Source of the DNA: Octopus sinensis
Lineage: Eukaryota
Direction: 5' to 3'
Length of the DNA: 64,000 nucleotides
Assembly (NCBI RefSeq): GCF_006345805.1
Contig: NC_043012.1
Span: 18,848,001-18,912,000, forward strand
Positions within the stretch are counted from its first letter, which is position 1. Each line of letters starts with the position of its first letter. Of this stretch, positions 41,910 through 55,650 are shown piece after piece. The notes below the pieces were generated by a model. That model was given only the letters and a program-made list of their open reading frames with translations, was not told where the DNA came from and made no database searches. The position numbers were made by a program, and so were the translations under genes.

Positions 41910-42794
41910 CAGGTTGTAATGGGTAAAACGGCACCTTTCTATATTTTCAATTTCATGCATGCACATGATTCTTTTTTATTTTGTCGACTACATATTTTTG
42001 CAGGATCAGTTATTCAATCATTTTGATAAAAACAGCACTATAACACAAGTTACTCTGCCAGAAATTTGGAAAATTGTGGCAGAGTGAATTGGAAATATGG
42101 AAACGACATTCTACACACCATGGCATTTGCGCCGGGACATCCAGTACGAACATTTAAGAATGATTGGGTGTCAATCTGTGGACAGTTCAATCTAAGGACA
42201 GTTACCGAGATTGATAAATATAAAACATCAAGTCAACATCATGGTGTTTGAAATGAACACAAGTGATGCCGACGTTATGCCTCTATTCATCTTTACAGAA
42301 GGTCTCAGGCTTAATCCGGAGGCCTATGTGAAGTTCCTGCAGGATGTTGTGCTGCCATGGATCATGAGATTGTTTGCTGAAGAATCTATGTCCGGCATCA
42401 GGATTCTGCATCATAACAGACAATCAGGAAAAACAGGCATGGCTATCAGATAATTTCTGCGACCACATCATTCCTAGAATCTGGCCACCTAACTCCCCAG
42501 ACCTCGAGCACTTGATAATTATGTGTGGGGAGCAGTTAAGCGAGAGACCAATAAAATTCCTTCTATTACCAAAGATGAACTGACAACAAGGAATAAGGCA
42601 GCATTTACCGACTTATACAAGACTGTCCAGAAGAGTTGCAGGATATTCCGAAGTCTTGAAGCCAATGACATTTTCATTGAACGAATTTAATACATACTAT
42701 GTCAAGATATTTTCATGTAATTGTGGTAGATATATCTATTAAAATGAGATGGCATTGTTATTTTTATTTTTGCGTAACTTAGACGCACACACTG
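41910..42794 (+). mobile_element. decayed mariner/Tc1-superfamily transposon (DD37D/maT-like)
   Basis: KHQVNIMVF..TSDADVMPLFIF..GLRLN.EAYVKFLQDVVLPWI, HQDSA, AWLSDNF...WPPNSPDL..LDNYVWG. About 109 nt separate the 2nd and 3rd Asp codons; frameshifted. Confidence 0.88.
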
Positions 42795-43179
42795 TGTATA
42801 TATATATATATATAGTGAGAATATATGTTCAGTACCAAGTATTAATATGGCTGCCTGTATATAATTAGGAGAATTATTACAGAGAAGAAGCATATATTGA
42901 AGAACTATATATTTACTACATAAAAATATATATTATATATTTGTCGACGATGAAATATAATCAAAATGAAGCATCTAGTTGAATAAAGTAATCTATGCAA
43001 GAAAGTTCATAAATGGGAAATATAGGGATAACAGTTGATGGACATAACAATGGCATACATGGCTCTGAGTTGAATCGACTAGGAAGCAAAGAACAACTTT
43101 AGCAATCTGTTTTCATTAATGGAACGCTAGACATTCAAGAAACTTCTGACTTAAACGCAAAGCTTCTTCAATGATTAAG

Positions 43180-43272
43180 AATTACAGATGTTCCGAGAAA
43201 CTTCGTAAAGGGGGCGTAACTCTATAAAACGTCTTGCGAGATAGAAAATTCAACTATTTATCTTCAGACTAC
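43180..43272 (-). ncRNA. possible decayed long-stem-II hammerhead-like motif
   Basis: Minus strand agt-CTGAAGA-(~65 nt)-GGAAC-ATCT-GTA-att. The core is mutated and stem II is poor. Confidence 0.3.
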
Positions 43273-43324
43273 TACATATATGTATGTATATACATATATG
43301 CATATATGTATATATACATACATA

Positions 43325-43385
<61 letters not shown>

Positions 43386-43429
43386 GTACACTCACAACAT
43401 ATATACATACCTCATACATACATACATAC

Positions 43430-43474
<45 letters not shown>

Positions 43475-43533
43475 TATATATATATACATACATACATATG
43501 TGCATAAATACATACGTATATACCTTGCGTTAA

Positions 43534-44480
43534 TACATAGGTCAAACAAAAAACAGTCTACGTCAAAGGATGGCTCAGCACAGATCCCAGAAAAAATTCC
43601 CCAGAACAGAAAAATAGCATTCAGCCAACACATCGATAATTGCACCAATAACCAAAAGCCCAAGCTTCAAAATGTTTTCCATCTACCAATTCAGGGATGA
43701 TACAATCTATAGTCAACGAATTAGTAAAAATACACTGTTTACTACAAAATACAGACCCCATTTAAACGCATCTACAGCAAACTATATATCCACCACGGCC
43801 TTAGAATAACACAAACACACACGCAAATGATACACTCAAGTGATACCAAAGAATTCATTAAAAACAGTCCCAATCACTGCTATAATCCACAACGTATCAC
43901 ATTTAGATCAATTGACTATTTAACATCCTACTACTACAATACCACCAGCATTCTATTATTATTCTCCCTTCTCATTCTCCTTCTCCTTCTTCGTTTTCTT
44001 CCTCTCCGCCACCTCCATCCTAACTTTACTATAGCTGTTTAGAATAACACCTACGCAAATTTTATAAACAATACATTCAAAAGAGATGTCACAAGAAATT
44101 ATTCAAATACTACTACCATCCACAACAATTCACTTTCAGGGCACTTGGCCATTTATCCTCCTACGACTATCATGACACTCCCGCGTTCTTGTTCTCCTCC
44201 TTCCCCTTCTTCTTTTTCTTCTTTTTCTTCTTTTTCTTCTTTTTCTTCTTCTTCTCCTTCTTTTTCTTCTTCCCTGCCAAGAATTCACAACAAGCTCGAA
44301 CCCAGAAGAGTAGACGTGAGAGTGGAGACAGGCAGTGACAAGGAAAATGCTCCGTGTATTTGTATACTATGCAAATATTCTTTTTAAATACTTTTCTTTT
44401 AATTTTTTTCAAATTTAATTGTTTTCTATTCTTACACTTAAAATGTCTCAATGACTGAAACCGTTACTGAAATGTTTATT
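43534..44480 (+). mobile_element. Penelope-like element 3' remnant (GIY-YIG endonuclease + putative tail)
   Basis: [19 protein letters not shown], then [17 protein letters not shown], then FSIYQFRDD...TKYRPHLN (43534-43770) with frameshifts. The extent of the tail is inferred. Confidence 0.8.
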
Positions 44481-44520
44481 ATAAAATTACTTTAGCACTT
44501 TCTACCTTGATTTTTTTCCA

Positions 44521-44539
44521 TATATGTATGTATATATAT

Positions 44540-44593
<54 letters not shown>

Positions 44594-44912
44594 ACATATA
44601 TATGTATATATATATATAATACATACATACATACATACAGTCACATACGCTCGAAAATTGACTGTTTAAAACAAAAGAGGATGCCGTACAATTGCAAATG
44701 TACTCAAAGAAGAGAAAAAGATAGAAAGAAGCAAAAACAATGAAAGGGGAATAGAGAAAGAAAGCAAGAAGACTTCCAGTGATGACACCGCATCAATTTA
44801 TTTTTGGGGGAAGATATCAATATAGTTTAAAATATTGCAATACAATGGCAAAAAACTAACTAAATATATGAATAAATGAATGGTGAATAGTAAGGGTAAT
44901 CTATCTATCTCA

Positions 44913-45002
<90 letters not shown>

Positions 45003-45288
45003 GTCTATCCGTCTGTTTGTCTGTCTATCAACCAATCTACCAACCTATATTTCTATCTATCCATCTACATTGTTCATGGAACCTCACCCCAAAAACATAA
45101 ACAATGTTCTTTTCTTAACAACCCCACCCCCTCTAAAACATCTGTTTAATATAAATGAACATATGTCTGTACATTCACAAAACTTAATTTGGCAAGCTCG
45201 AGAAACGAACGAAAGGGTAATAATAATGAAGAAATAAAAATAATATTTTTTCATAATTCTGACGACTTTTTTCTCAAGATATTATATG

Positions 45289-45320
<32 letters not shown>

Positions 45321-45649
45321 ATATTATATATATATACATATATATGTATATATAAATACATACATACATACATACAGTCACATACGCTCGAAAATTGACT
45401 GTTTAAAACAAAAGAGGATGCCGTACAATTGCAAATGTACTCAAAGAAGAGAAAAAGATAGAAAGAAGCAAAAACAATGAAAGGAGAATAGAGAAAGAAA
45501 GCAAGAAGACTTCCAGTGATGACACCGCATCAATTTATTTTTTGGGGAAGATATCAATATAGTTTAAAATATTGCAATACAATGGCAAAAAACTAACTAA
45601 ATATATGAATAAATGAATGGTGAAAAGTAAGGGGAATCTATCTATCTCA

Positions 45650-45747
<98 letters not shown>

Positions 45748-46027
45748 GTCTATCCGTCTGTTTGTCTGTCTATCAACCAATCTACCAACCTATATTTCTA
45801 TCTATCCATCTACATTGTTCATGGAACCTCACCCCAAAAACATAAACAATGTTCTTTTCTTAACAACCCCACCCCCTCTAAAACATCTGTTTAATATAAA
45901 TGAACAATATGTCTGTACATTCACAAAACTTAATTTGGCAAGCTCGAGAAACGAACGAAAGGGTAATAATAATGAAGAAATAAAAATAATATTTTTTCAT
46001 AATTCTGACGACTTTTTTCTCAAGATA

Positions 46028-46035
<8 letters not shown>
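44521..46035. repeat. near-identical ~740-bp tandem duplication
   Basis: tcacatacgctcgaaaattgac at 44641 and 45378, and caagatatta at 45275 and 46021. Only a few substitutions and microsatellite length changes. Confidence 0.97.
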
Positions 46036-46083
<48 letters not shown>

Positions 46084-46359
46084 CTGTGTGTGCGTGTATG
46101 TATGTGTGTGTGCATACATAGACACACAGAGACATATATATATATATATAATATATATATGAAATGAATTGGATTGAACTAGTTTCAGCTCACGAGCTGT
46201 GGCCATGCTGCTGCACCGTCATTCGGTGTTCCTTTATAATTTTTCGTTTCTTCTTTTTATAGACTCTTTCTTCCACCGCATGTAGATCTGTCAGGTCCCT
46301 CGGGAGAATACTGTGCAATATCTTGTCCTATAGTCGTTGGCACTATGCTTTGTTCAAAA

Positions 46360-46702
46360 TATAATAGGATGACTGATTGAAAAAATTAGAAAGATATGAC
46401 AAAATTAAACAACGCAAACTCTAAAATCTGCAGATACATAATAACTGAACGTTTTATGGTTAAAAGAGAACGTTAACAATGCTAACATTCTAAATGTAAT
46501 TCAGTGATCAGTAAAGCTACTATGGATGCTGAATTAGAAAGTAGAGATTGAACGTAACATAGACTTGAAAGGTGTTCTTTAAGTAAGTTTCACATCAAGA
46601 CATTAGTCATGAGTGAAGTAGCACGTAAATTACAGATATATAAAATATACCAGGCGTATATTTGGTCAAACGTAATTCCCTCTCCTTCTCTCTCTTATAG
46701 CT

Positions 46703-46738
<36 letters not shown>

Positions 46739-47560
46739 GTGTGTTCTAACACCTCTACATGATGACATACACTTGACTGGAATATTCAGTAATCTTCTGT
46801 ATACACATGAACTGGCATCGTACAATGCAGCAGACAATCAGAAAAATTCCTGCAGACAGTACGCATTTCTAAAAGAAATTGATATGCTATTCTGATTAGA
46901 AAGATGCGACAAGGCGACGTTGAAGAGAGGATAATTAATTGTGCACATTACCATCGTGCTATATAAAGATATATCTATATGAGAACTTTAACAAATTCAG
47001 TCTAACAATACTTATAAATCGATGATTAAATCATGTAACCCCTTCCTATAAAAGTACATGGCAGAGTACTTTACTAAAAGGAATAATAGGCACATTAGTT
47101 TAATACATAGTACATTGCTTAAAGCAGAAACTTATTAACAGGCACCAATATTTTATCTGTCCTGGAAATGTTTTAATATTCTCAATTGATCACTGGATGA
47201 TGTAGAGCATGATTAGACTGAACGTGACATAATTAAATGACGACTGTATTGAAGGTACACCGCGCACCTCGTAACACAGGATGTTTATACTTAAAGATAG
47301 GAGACTGTTGGAAGCGGGAAATTATTTAAAAGTACCTCCGCTAGAAATAAAGCTTGTATTAATAAATAGTTAAAGAAACCAGTGCAAATGTGTCTTAAAT
47401 GTATGGAAGAAATGTAAAACAAGCATTGTTTTCAAGTGAACACAAAATTAAAAATTGTAAATTGAAATAAGAAATATATAGGAACGGAAGAGTGGAGCAT
47501 CAGAAATGCAATGTTGTAGCGATGACAGAAAGATACCGTATCAGTTACTTAGAAATGCAC
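46360..47560 (+). mobile_element. possible ancient RTE-like LINE endonuclease remnant
   Basis: Fragments TERFMVK, ILNVIQ and KATMDAELE loosely resemble ERI..KL/NIIQVYAPT.DAE. Heavily decayed. Confidence 0.25.
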
Positions 47561-47802
47561 TCATGAAACCTAAAGCAATAGACTTTTGCCTAAGGATTTC
47601 CGAGCAGATATCACGAAAGCCTGTTCTGGTACAGAGTATATTAATTATCAAAGAATAGCAAAATATTGGAGTGGAAAATCAAGAATATATCTAGAACTGA
47701 TACTGTTTGCAGAATGCGAATAACTAGAACTCTGATAGAGTTCGCGGCCTAACTATATAAAATTCCATCATATATTTATAAGTAGTAAAATAAATATTTC
47801 CA

Positions 47803-48020
47803 TCTCGAGCCATGTCAGCTGCATCTCAGGGCCGGTTTCCTGGTATCAATGGTGTGTATATTCTCTAGCTTGACGGGACGTCGGTCCGTCGCAGGATTAC
47901 TCATTTTTACCAGTAGAGTGGACCGGAGCAGCGTGAAGTGCAGTGTTTTGCTCAAGAACACAATGCGTCGCCCGATTCAGGAATCGAAACTACAATCTTA
48001 CGAACCTGAGTCTAATAACT
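47803..48020 (-). mobile_element. SINE with type D head and a tail like that of the 60303-60586 copy
   Basis: gtgttttgctcaagaacacaatgc...ggaatcgaaac matches 61634-61675. The reverse strand also has gcgacggaccgacgtcccgtcaagc...gaaaccggccc. Confidence 0.75.
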
Positions 48021-48500
48021 TGTCTATATCTATACCGGACAAAATATAACAGCTCACACAATGGAAATAATTGGTGTATACCTTGAATACACGTATACAA
48101 TATGAAGATTGTTAATAGACGATATATGATTGTTGATACTAGCAACAAAATCACCAACACTGCTAATAATCTTTTGAACAAAAGATTCACTAACTTTAAT
48201 ACTAAATACTAAAGTTCAGGGAATAAAGGTACATATAATAGAGTGGGGGAGCATTGCTGTAAAAAGAGAGCGTGATAAACGTTGACACAGTGTCGTAGCC
48301 AAATCGAATCGCTGCACATATCTCTAACATTGTGAATACATTGCAGCATGCACACACAAGATAACACTCCCTAAGAAACAAAGAGGGAGATGAGACATGA
48401 ACATCAATTATCACAAATTCTTTATAAATATATATGTAAAACATAGTGCGTATGCACAGCAGTTTAACGTCAAAGTGTATCAAGCGGCTCCACTCTGCGT

Positions 48501-48514
48501 GTTACTATGGCAAC
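48501..48514. promoter_or_regulatory. RFX X-box consensus match
   Basis: GTTACT-AT-GGCAAC fits GTHNYY-AT-RRNAAC and lies in non-repetitive sequence. No linked gene is seen. Confidence 0.3.
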
Positions 48515-48763
48515 AGTCCGGATACTTATTGATCAGACCGCTGAAATCGTATTTCTCATTCTCTATCTATTTATTTCCTAATATTCATTACTGCGGAAGA
48601 GCGTATGCTCGAAAAGTTAAATACATTTCCTTCTTTCGCGGGCTCAAACTACTATACTTATTCGTTTATACACCTGTCTTCGTCTATTTTGTATACATTT
48701 CAACTATGTATGTATAAATATATGTATGTATATATGCACACACACACACCCATATATATATAT

Positions 48764-49026
48764 ATCAGATGTTGTTACACATCGCTGGTAACAATGCGTT
48801 CGCATTGTTTTAGCCTTAGAATGACGCCACCCCGCTGGCTAAGCGAGCAGGCCAACAGAAGACAGAGTGAAGAAAGAGTGGTGAAAGAGTACAGCAGGGA
48901 TCGCCACTCCCTGCTAGATGCTCGTGGAGCTTTTTAAGGTGTTTTCGCTCAATAAACACTCACAACGCCCGGTCTGGGAATCGAAACCGCGATCCTACGA
49001 CCGCGAGCCCGCTGCCCTAACCACTG
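48764..49026 (-). mobile_element. SINE type C
   Basis: Colinear with 55355-55650. Confidence 0.9.
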
Positions 49027-49553
49027 TTTATGTGTGTGTGTGTATATATATACACACACACACATATATGTGAATATATATGTGTGTATGTAAGAAGTAA
49101 AGCAATACAAATGTAACAGGTGATTATTTGCTAGATAAAGCAATTTACCACCGACTCTAAATTGTTTGATGCTGTCAACATCTTTTCAATCTATTAATAT
49201 TACGTATAAATGTTACACGTCTCTGACAATTTAACAGTGATTCTTCATTATATTTTTTGCAATTTTACAATATTTAGATAATAAAAACATTTTGTAAATA
49301 TAAGTCCATCGAAGAAATGTTAACAAGATATGTTTTGAAGTTCCTCACACGCTTTGCTGAAATATTTACATACCCATACCCAAGATTTATTAGAAATGAA
49401 TGGAATAAATATAAAGTCGATGTGGACGTGAAATTGTAAAATACTACTTGTTTGTCGTTGACCGCTTTAAGGATGACATCATATTCAAGGAATAGAAACA
49501 CACACACACCTGTGTATGTATATATATATATATATTATATATATATATATATA

Positions 49554-49684
49554 CAGGGTGTCCCCAAAAAATGTATACACACCTTAAATAATTGTAAATT
49601 TGTTATTCTTTGTAAGCCTAGTACTTATTCTATCGTTCTCTTTTGCCGAACCACTATGTGTATACATTTTTGGGGGACACCCTG
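49554..49684. mobile_element. Tc1/mariner-type MITE carrying a SINE A fragment
   Basis: 28-bp TIRs CAGGGTGTCCCC(A/C)AAAAATGTATACACA with 1 mismatch; TA on both flanks. Confidence 0.92.
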
Positions 49685-51399
49685 TATATATAATTTCTAC
49701 AGTCGAATTTCAGATTATCTTTGCGATGTCGACTGGGTTTGCTCAAGATTCCTCCAATGTGGCCATCCCCAAAGAAAAACTATTTTAAGAGCACTAGATT
49801 CCTTTCAAGAATGCAGCGAATGTATACGAAAACTAGGACAGAAACGACAGAGAAATGGTACAGAAATACAGGTGCAAATAATGGACATAACAACAGGTGT
49901 CTTTCTATTAAGGACGAATTAAATTATTTAACGAAAGTGCTGTAGTAGGCGACGAAAACAATCGCGCATGAGGCAGCTTAGGCAATCACTAAATTGCTAA
50001 GAAAACTATTAAATTTTTAAATTATGGCACAACAGAGAAGCGGAATCAAGACTTCGGGAAGGATACGGGCAAGGAAAGCTGGAGGGTTGGGGTCCGAAAT
50101 AATATAGGGGACTGAGCGAAGTACGGAGGTTTTGCATTTTGGTTTGGAGAAGAGAAATCAATATAATAAGACAGAATTTGGTCGACGGAAGTAGGTTCTT
50201 TTGGTCCACACGCATGTACAAACATGCTCTTAAATACAAATACACACACACAATGCGATTACACGTCATTGTCTGTATACTGCAAAACAATATTGTCTCT
50301 CAAAAATAAACTCAAGAACATTGTGCGAAGCACGAATTTTCATAAAACGTATGATGTATATATCATTATTACACAATTTAATAAATGCTTATATCCAAGT
50401 GATGCATTACTTTCCATATTGCAGCTTGCGTTACTATATTTAACACTTAAACTTGTAACTCTATATTTTATAACTGTTTGTGTAATGCAGTGTAACATTC
50501 CATAATTATCCTTAGTATCAGTCTAGTATAGTGTATTCTATATTCGCGAATTCTTTTTAATTCTCACAAAGGATTGCATTACTTAAAAACTAATTTTTGC
50601 TTTCACTTGCTTGGGATTGGTTATGCGTAACTGTATAATCCGCGATTTAAATCACTTAATGTACTTTAAATTATAAAACATGGAGTGGTTTGCATTGGCA
50701 GTTTATTTGTATTGTATTGCTTGCGGATTAATACAACCACTAATTAAAAAGTTTTGTAGTGGTACATTTAACTTAATCATTGCAACGAGCTAAATATAAA
50801 TTGGAAAGTGAAGTGAATTCCCAGCATGTCTGGCGTCAATTAAAGAGATTTATATACAGCGATTTAAAACTAGCGTCAGATTTCGTACAAGTAATACACT
50901 TTTCGTTCATTTCATCATCATCATTAAATAATTTGCTGCATGTTGTGGTTTAGATAATTACAGTGTTGCTCTAGTTTGGTTTAATTATTAATTCTTAATT
51001 CCTCAACTTGTGCCTTCGTATCGATTGTTGTATGTTAAATATTCATTGCGAATATTGTAGCACATGCGTCGAAGATATATTTTGATACATTAAATATCTG
51101 ATATGGGAAATTTCTTTCCTTCAATTAATACATGCAATGTTCTATTGAACAAAAACTGTGCTGTATTTATCTATTTTAAGCATCAGTTTGATAAATAATA
51201 ATGACATTAACGAATTAAATGTTTATGCATTGCTAATTACATTTATACATCTAACATTACAGATAACACGCAGAAAATGCAATTCCAGAAATTCTTTGTT
51301 TTAAGAATCAAGATGGAATGATGACAGAGAGAACACATTTCATATGCCTGCCTTAATTGATAACTACAGTGAATAGATAACACACAGACACACACACAC

Positions 51400-51416
<17 letters not shown>

Positions 51417-51486
<70 letters not shown>
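51417..51486. repeat. perfect 70-bp palindrome (CA)13(TA)9(TG)13
   Basis: Direct observation. Confidence 0.9.
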
Positions 51487-51487
<1 letters not shown>

Positions 51488-54400
51488 TGTGTGTGTGTAA
51501 ATAAGAAAAGTGTGCAGGATGTCAATGAACGCATTGTAGTTCATAAACTACTAAAGGCATGGAAATTTAAAATGTCAGCTCTGTTGATGTCGAAATTTAC
51601 AATGCTTTGCGTTACTTAAATTATTTTACAATTTTGCGTTCATTAAAAAAGAATCACTTCCATAACAAGTTAATAAATGATGCACTAACAAATTTGATAG
51701 ACATCACTTGAAATGATTGTCATGATGGTCATATCACCTACGTTTCATTTTACATTTAAGATTCAATGCTAATTTAAAGCCATTTGAAAATATATACTGC
51801 AAATTGATGTTCAAATTAAATTTTCTAATTTACCGTATGTCTCAAGCGAAAGTAAAAATTAAAGTGGCCTTCAAGAAGGACTATGTTATAGAGAACTATG
51901 TTTTGCTAGTAAAGTTAAACATTATGACTTCATTTGTAAGCTGAAGTATTTCAATCACGCAATTATTACTCCAAACATTCCATTTGTGTTTCAAATTCCA
52001 TTATGCAGTTTCTATAAACCAGCGATGTCTATTTGACAGCTCATATTCTTTTCCTTGAAGCTTTGCTTACTTTGAAAGTTGATTTGAATGTTTTATTTAC
52101 GTGAACAACATCAAGATAATAATTTATCATTTCTGTTATAGTTGGAAGCAGGTACCTGAATAATACGTATCTTATATTTTATGATTTTGTATGCAGTATT
52201 GATATTGTAGTTTGTTGTTTTATGTTCCTGACTCATATTTCAAATAAATATCCCTCTTTAAATGAAGGATTCCTAGGAAAATTAATTTTAAATCTAGATA
52301 GGTTTGCGATTTATGTTGATGAACGAGATTTGAAGTGTCGTCAATTAATGTAATGTTGGTATTGCTAAGGATCATAATTACCGTTTAATTTTGCAATGGA
52401 TACTGTCTAAATATTCTGCAATCCGCCTCATCACACTGACAAATCAATTCAGTGTTAGAAATCAATCTCCATATTTGGAAAGCGAGACGAACAATATCAA
52501 AATCAAATTAATCTATTTATTGATTTTACGCTTATCTATGGATATTATATATTGATTATTTCACGGACCAAATAAAATTGCTCTCTCTCTTGAACATTAT
52601 ATTTAGCAATCGAAATTGTTTCTTCTCTTTGAAATTCTACCTTTCAGTCACATTTAATTTGGGATAATGGAGATTTAGAAAAGGTTTGAAAATTTTCATT
52701 CATTGAGGGCGAATTGAGAAAAAAAGAGCTTTTTCAATGAAATAAATCAATACTTTTGCTTTTGTCATATACGGATATAGAATGATGATTTATTTGTTAG
52801 TGTAACTTCTTCAAAAAATTACCCTGAAATTCAAACACGTTTGTTTAAAATATCGTTAAATATGACTGAGTGTCTAAATGTCATACTGACAACAGCAGCT
52901 ACCGAAAAAATTTAGTAAATTTAAAAAGAGATTTAAATTAGAAATTCCAGTATAGAAATATTACAAGACATTATTTCAAAGAAATCTTAATAACGTAATT
53001 CTTTAAATGATGACTTACAGTTGTTCAACTCTGGTCTTACTGTATTTTCTATTGATTCCATGAGAATGTTAATTCACAGTGCGTCTTATAGGACATATAA
53101 ATATAGAAGTAAGAGAATAAAGAATTATTGCATTAGTAATTCCTATCTATTTTGGTTAATGAGAGAATTTGTGTAGAATATTGATGGAATAAGAAGATAT
53201 ATTTTAAGCATTTCTTTCTTTCTTTCTTTCTTTCTTTCTTGCCAATAACCAAGAATATTTGGATTAAAACGCAGAAATCGCATGATGAAATACCGCCACA
53301 TTTGTTGCTCCAGTTAATATTTAATTTTAACACTTTTTATCGTGCCATGTATGAGTCAAAATTCTCATAAATAGAATGCAAGTCCAGTTATGCTGATTAA
53401 ATGGTCCAAATCTATATGCCCCATAGATTTTGTTTTTAAGAATTGCAGCTAATATTTTAGGACATTTTTGAGTTATAAGCCTTAAATAGCATTTGCGCTT
53501 CGGTGAAACACACAATCAAAAGCCTGTCGAGTGTCCAAAATACTATCTAACTACCACTGTTAATACAACTACAACATCAAACATTAAGAGTTACTACAGC
53601 AACAACAACAACAACAACAACAATTACTTGTACTACTACTACTACTTCTACTACTACTATTACTACTAATAATAAGTTTACTACTACTACTACTACTATG
53701 TTGCTTTTTGTGTAATTGTTATTACGACTCTTTCTTCTTACACATACCACGCGAAAAATGTTAATAATGTATTTTGGTAGTGTTTGTGGGGTAATGATCT
53801 TATAATTTTGAACTCATTGTATTGTGAGAAAATAGCTGTACAGCAAACATTCTAATTTGATAAAACAATTTATTAACCAAATATTGTTGAGTTTTGTTAC
53901 AATTTAGATATTGATTATTTGGAATTGTCACAATTTCTAATCTTATAATACAAAGTGCGTTGATTTTATTCATTCAAGTGTTAAGATGCTTTTACTTATT
54001 CTAATTTGTTTTATGACTTTAAGCTGGAAAAATGTAGAGTATCCAACAGATTGAATTTATTTCTGGTATTTCTTTACATCCTTTTCATATTCAACGCAAT
54101 TTGGCTTCTACAAAATTTCGTATACAAAAGTCCTATCAAAATTACGAGTTGCGTATCTGTACCTATCAAAACGATTATAGGGTAAGGAATGCTATTTGCG
54201 CAGGGTGATAAGTCTGACTTACAGAGCTGGTTATCGAACGTCACTATCTTTAGGTGATATACAGGCGGGTGATGCTTTAGAAACGATGGGTGAAATAAGG
54301 GTAACTATGAGACATTTTGATAACGATATTTTGTTAAGTCAGAATTATTAGGCTTTGTCGCTGAATGCATTCACAATTAGTTTAACATCTGAAGTTGAAA

Positions 54401-54494
54401 CCTATTCATCAGATGTTATAACCGTCTATAAATTAAAGTACTCATTTTCTTAGAAGGAAAACTTCGCTAAGACCTCAGAAAATTATGCTTATGT

Positions 54495-54631
54495 CTACAC
54501 AGCGTTGGTCACAATGTGCTTCGCATTGTTTTAGCCTTCAAATGACGCCAACCCGCTGACTAAGCGAGCAGGCCAACAGAAGAAAGAGTGAGAGAAAGTT
54601 GTGGGGAAAGAGTAGAGCAGGGGTCGCCACC
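54495..54631 (-). mobile_element. SINE type C 3' half
   Basis: Nearly identical to 55382-55518. Confidence 0.9.
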
Positions 54632-54737
54632 ATATATATGTGTGTATATATAGATATGTGTGTGTATGTATGTATAAATGTATGTATATGTATCTATATA
54701 TGTGTGTGTGCGCGTGCGTGTGCGTATATACATGCAC

Positions 54738-54958
54738 AGGTGCAGACATGGGTGTGTGGTAAGTAGTTTGCTTCCTAACCATATGGTTCTGGGTTCAGTC
54801 CCTCTGCGGGGTACATTCAGCAAGTGTCTTGTACAAGAGCATCAATCCGACCAAAACTTTGTATGTTGATTTGGTAGACGGAAATTGAGTGAACACTTTT
54901 TGTATACATATATATATATACACACACACACATATATATATATATATATGTGTGTGTG

Positions 54959-55002
<44 letters not shown>

Positions 55003-55003
55003 A

Positions 55004-55065
<62 letters not shown>

Positions 55066-55265
55066 ATTGTGTATATATGTGCGTCTGTGTCTGTGTTGCT
55101 GTTTCTCCGCCGCACCTTTTCAAAATGGTGTTGAATTGCGTACGTGCACTTAAGTTAGCAGTTCGGCAAAAGTATACGATAGAATAAACGCCAGGTTTTA
55201 TAAAATACTGGGGTAGATTCGTTCGACTAAAATGCCTGCAATGACTGAAACAAGGAATTGATAAA
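54738..55265 (+). mobile_element. SINE type A, diverged, with expanded internal (TA)n
   Basis: gtgtggtaagtagtttgc...gggttcagtccc...gatttggtagacggaaa...gttcggcaaaag...atgactgaaacaag. Confidence 0.85.
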
Positions 55266-55354
55266 AAAATAAACTATAAATGTGAACTAGACTATACTAC
55301 TGCGTTTATCAATAAAATTGAACAAAAAGAACTGAAGTGTATCCTCTAAATCAC

Positions 55355-55650
55355 CATGACCGATCAGGCTGTCAGATGTTGCTACACAGCGCTGGTCACA
55401 ATGTGCTTCGCATTGTTTTAGCCTTCAAATGACGCCACCCTGCTGACTAAGCGAGCAGGCCAACAGAAGAAAGAGTGAGAGAAAATTGTGGGGAAAGAGT
55501 ACAGCAGGGGTCGCCACCACCCCTGGCGGAGCCTCGAGGAGCTTTAGGTGTTTTCGCTCAATAAACACTCACAACGCCCGGTCTGGGAATCGAAACCGCG
55601 ATCCTACGACCGCGAGTCCGCTGCCATTACCACTGGGCCATTGCGCCTCC
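55355..55650 (-). mobile_element. SINE type C, full length, with 10-bp TSD
   Basis: Head GGAGGCGCAATGGCCCAGTGG on the minus strand. TSD tatcctctaa at 55340-55349 and 55652-55661. Confidence 0.92.
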
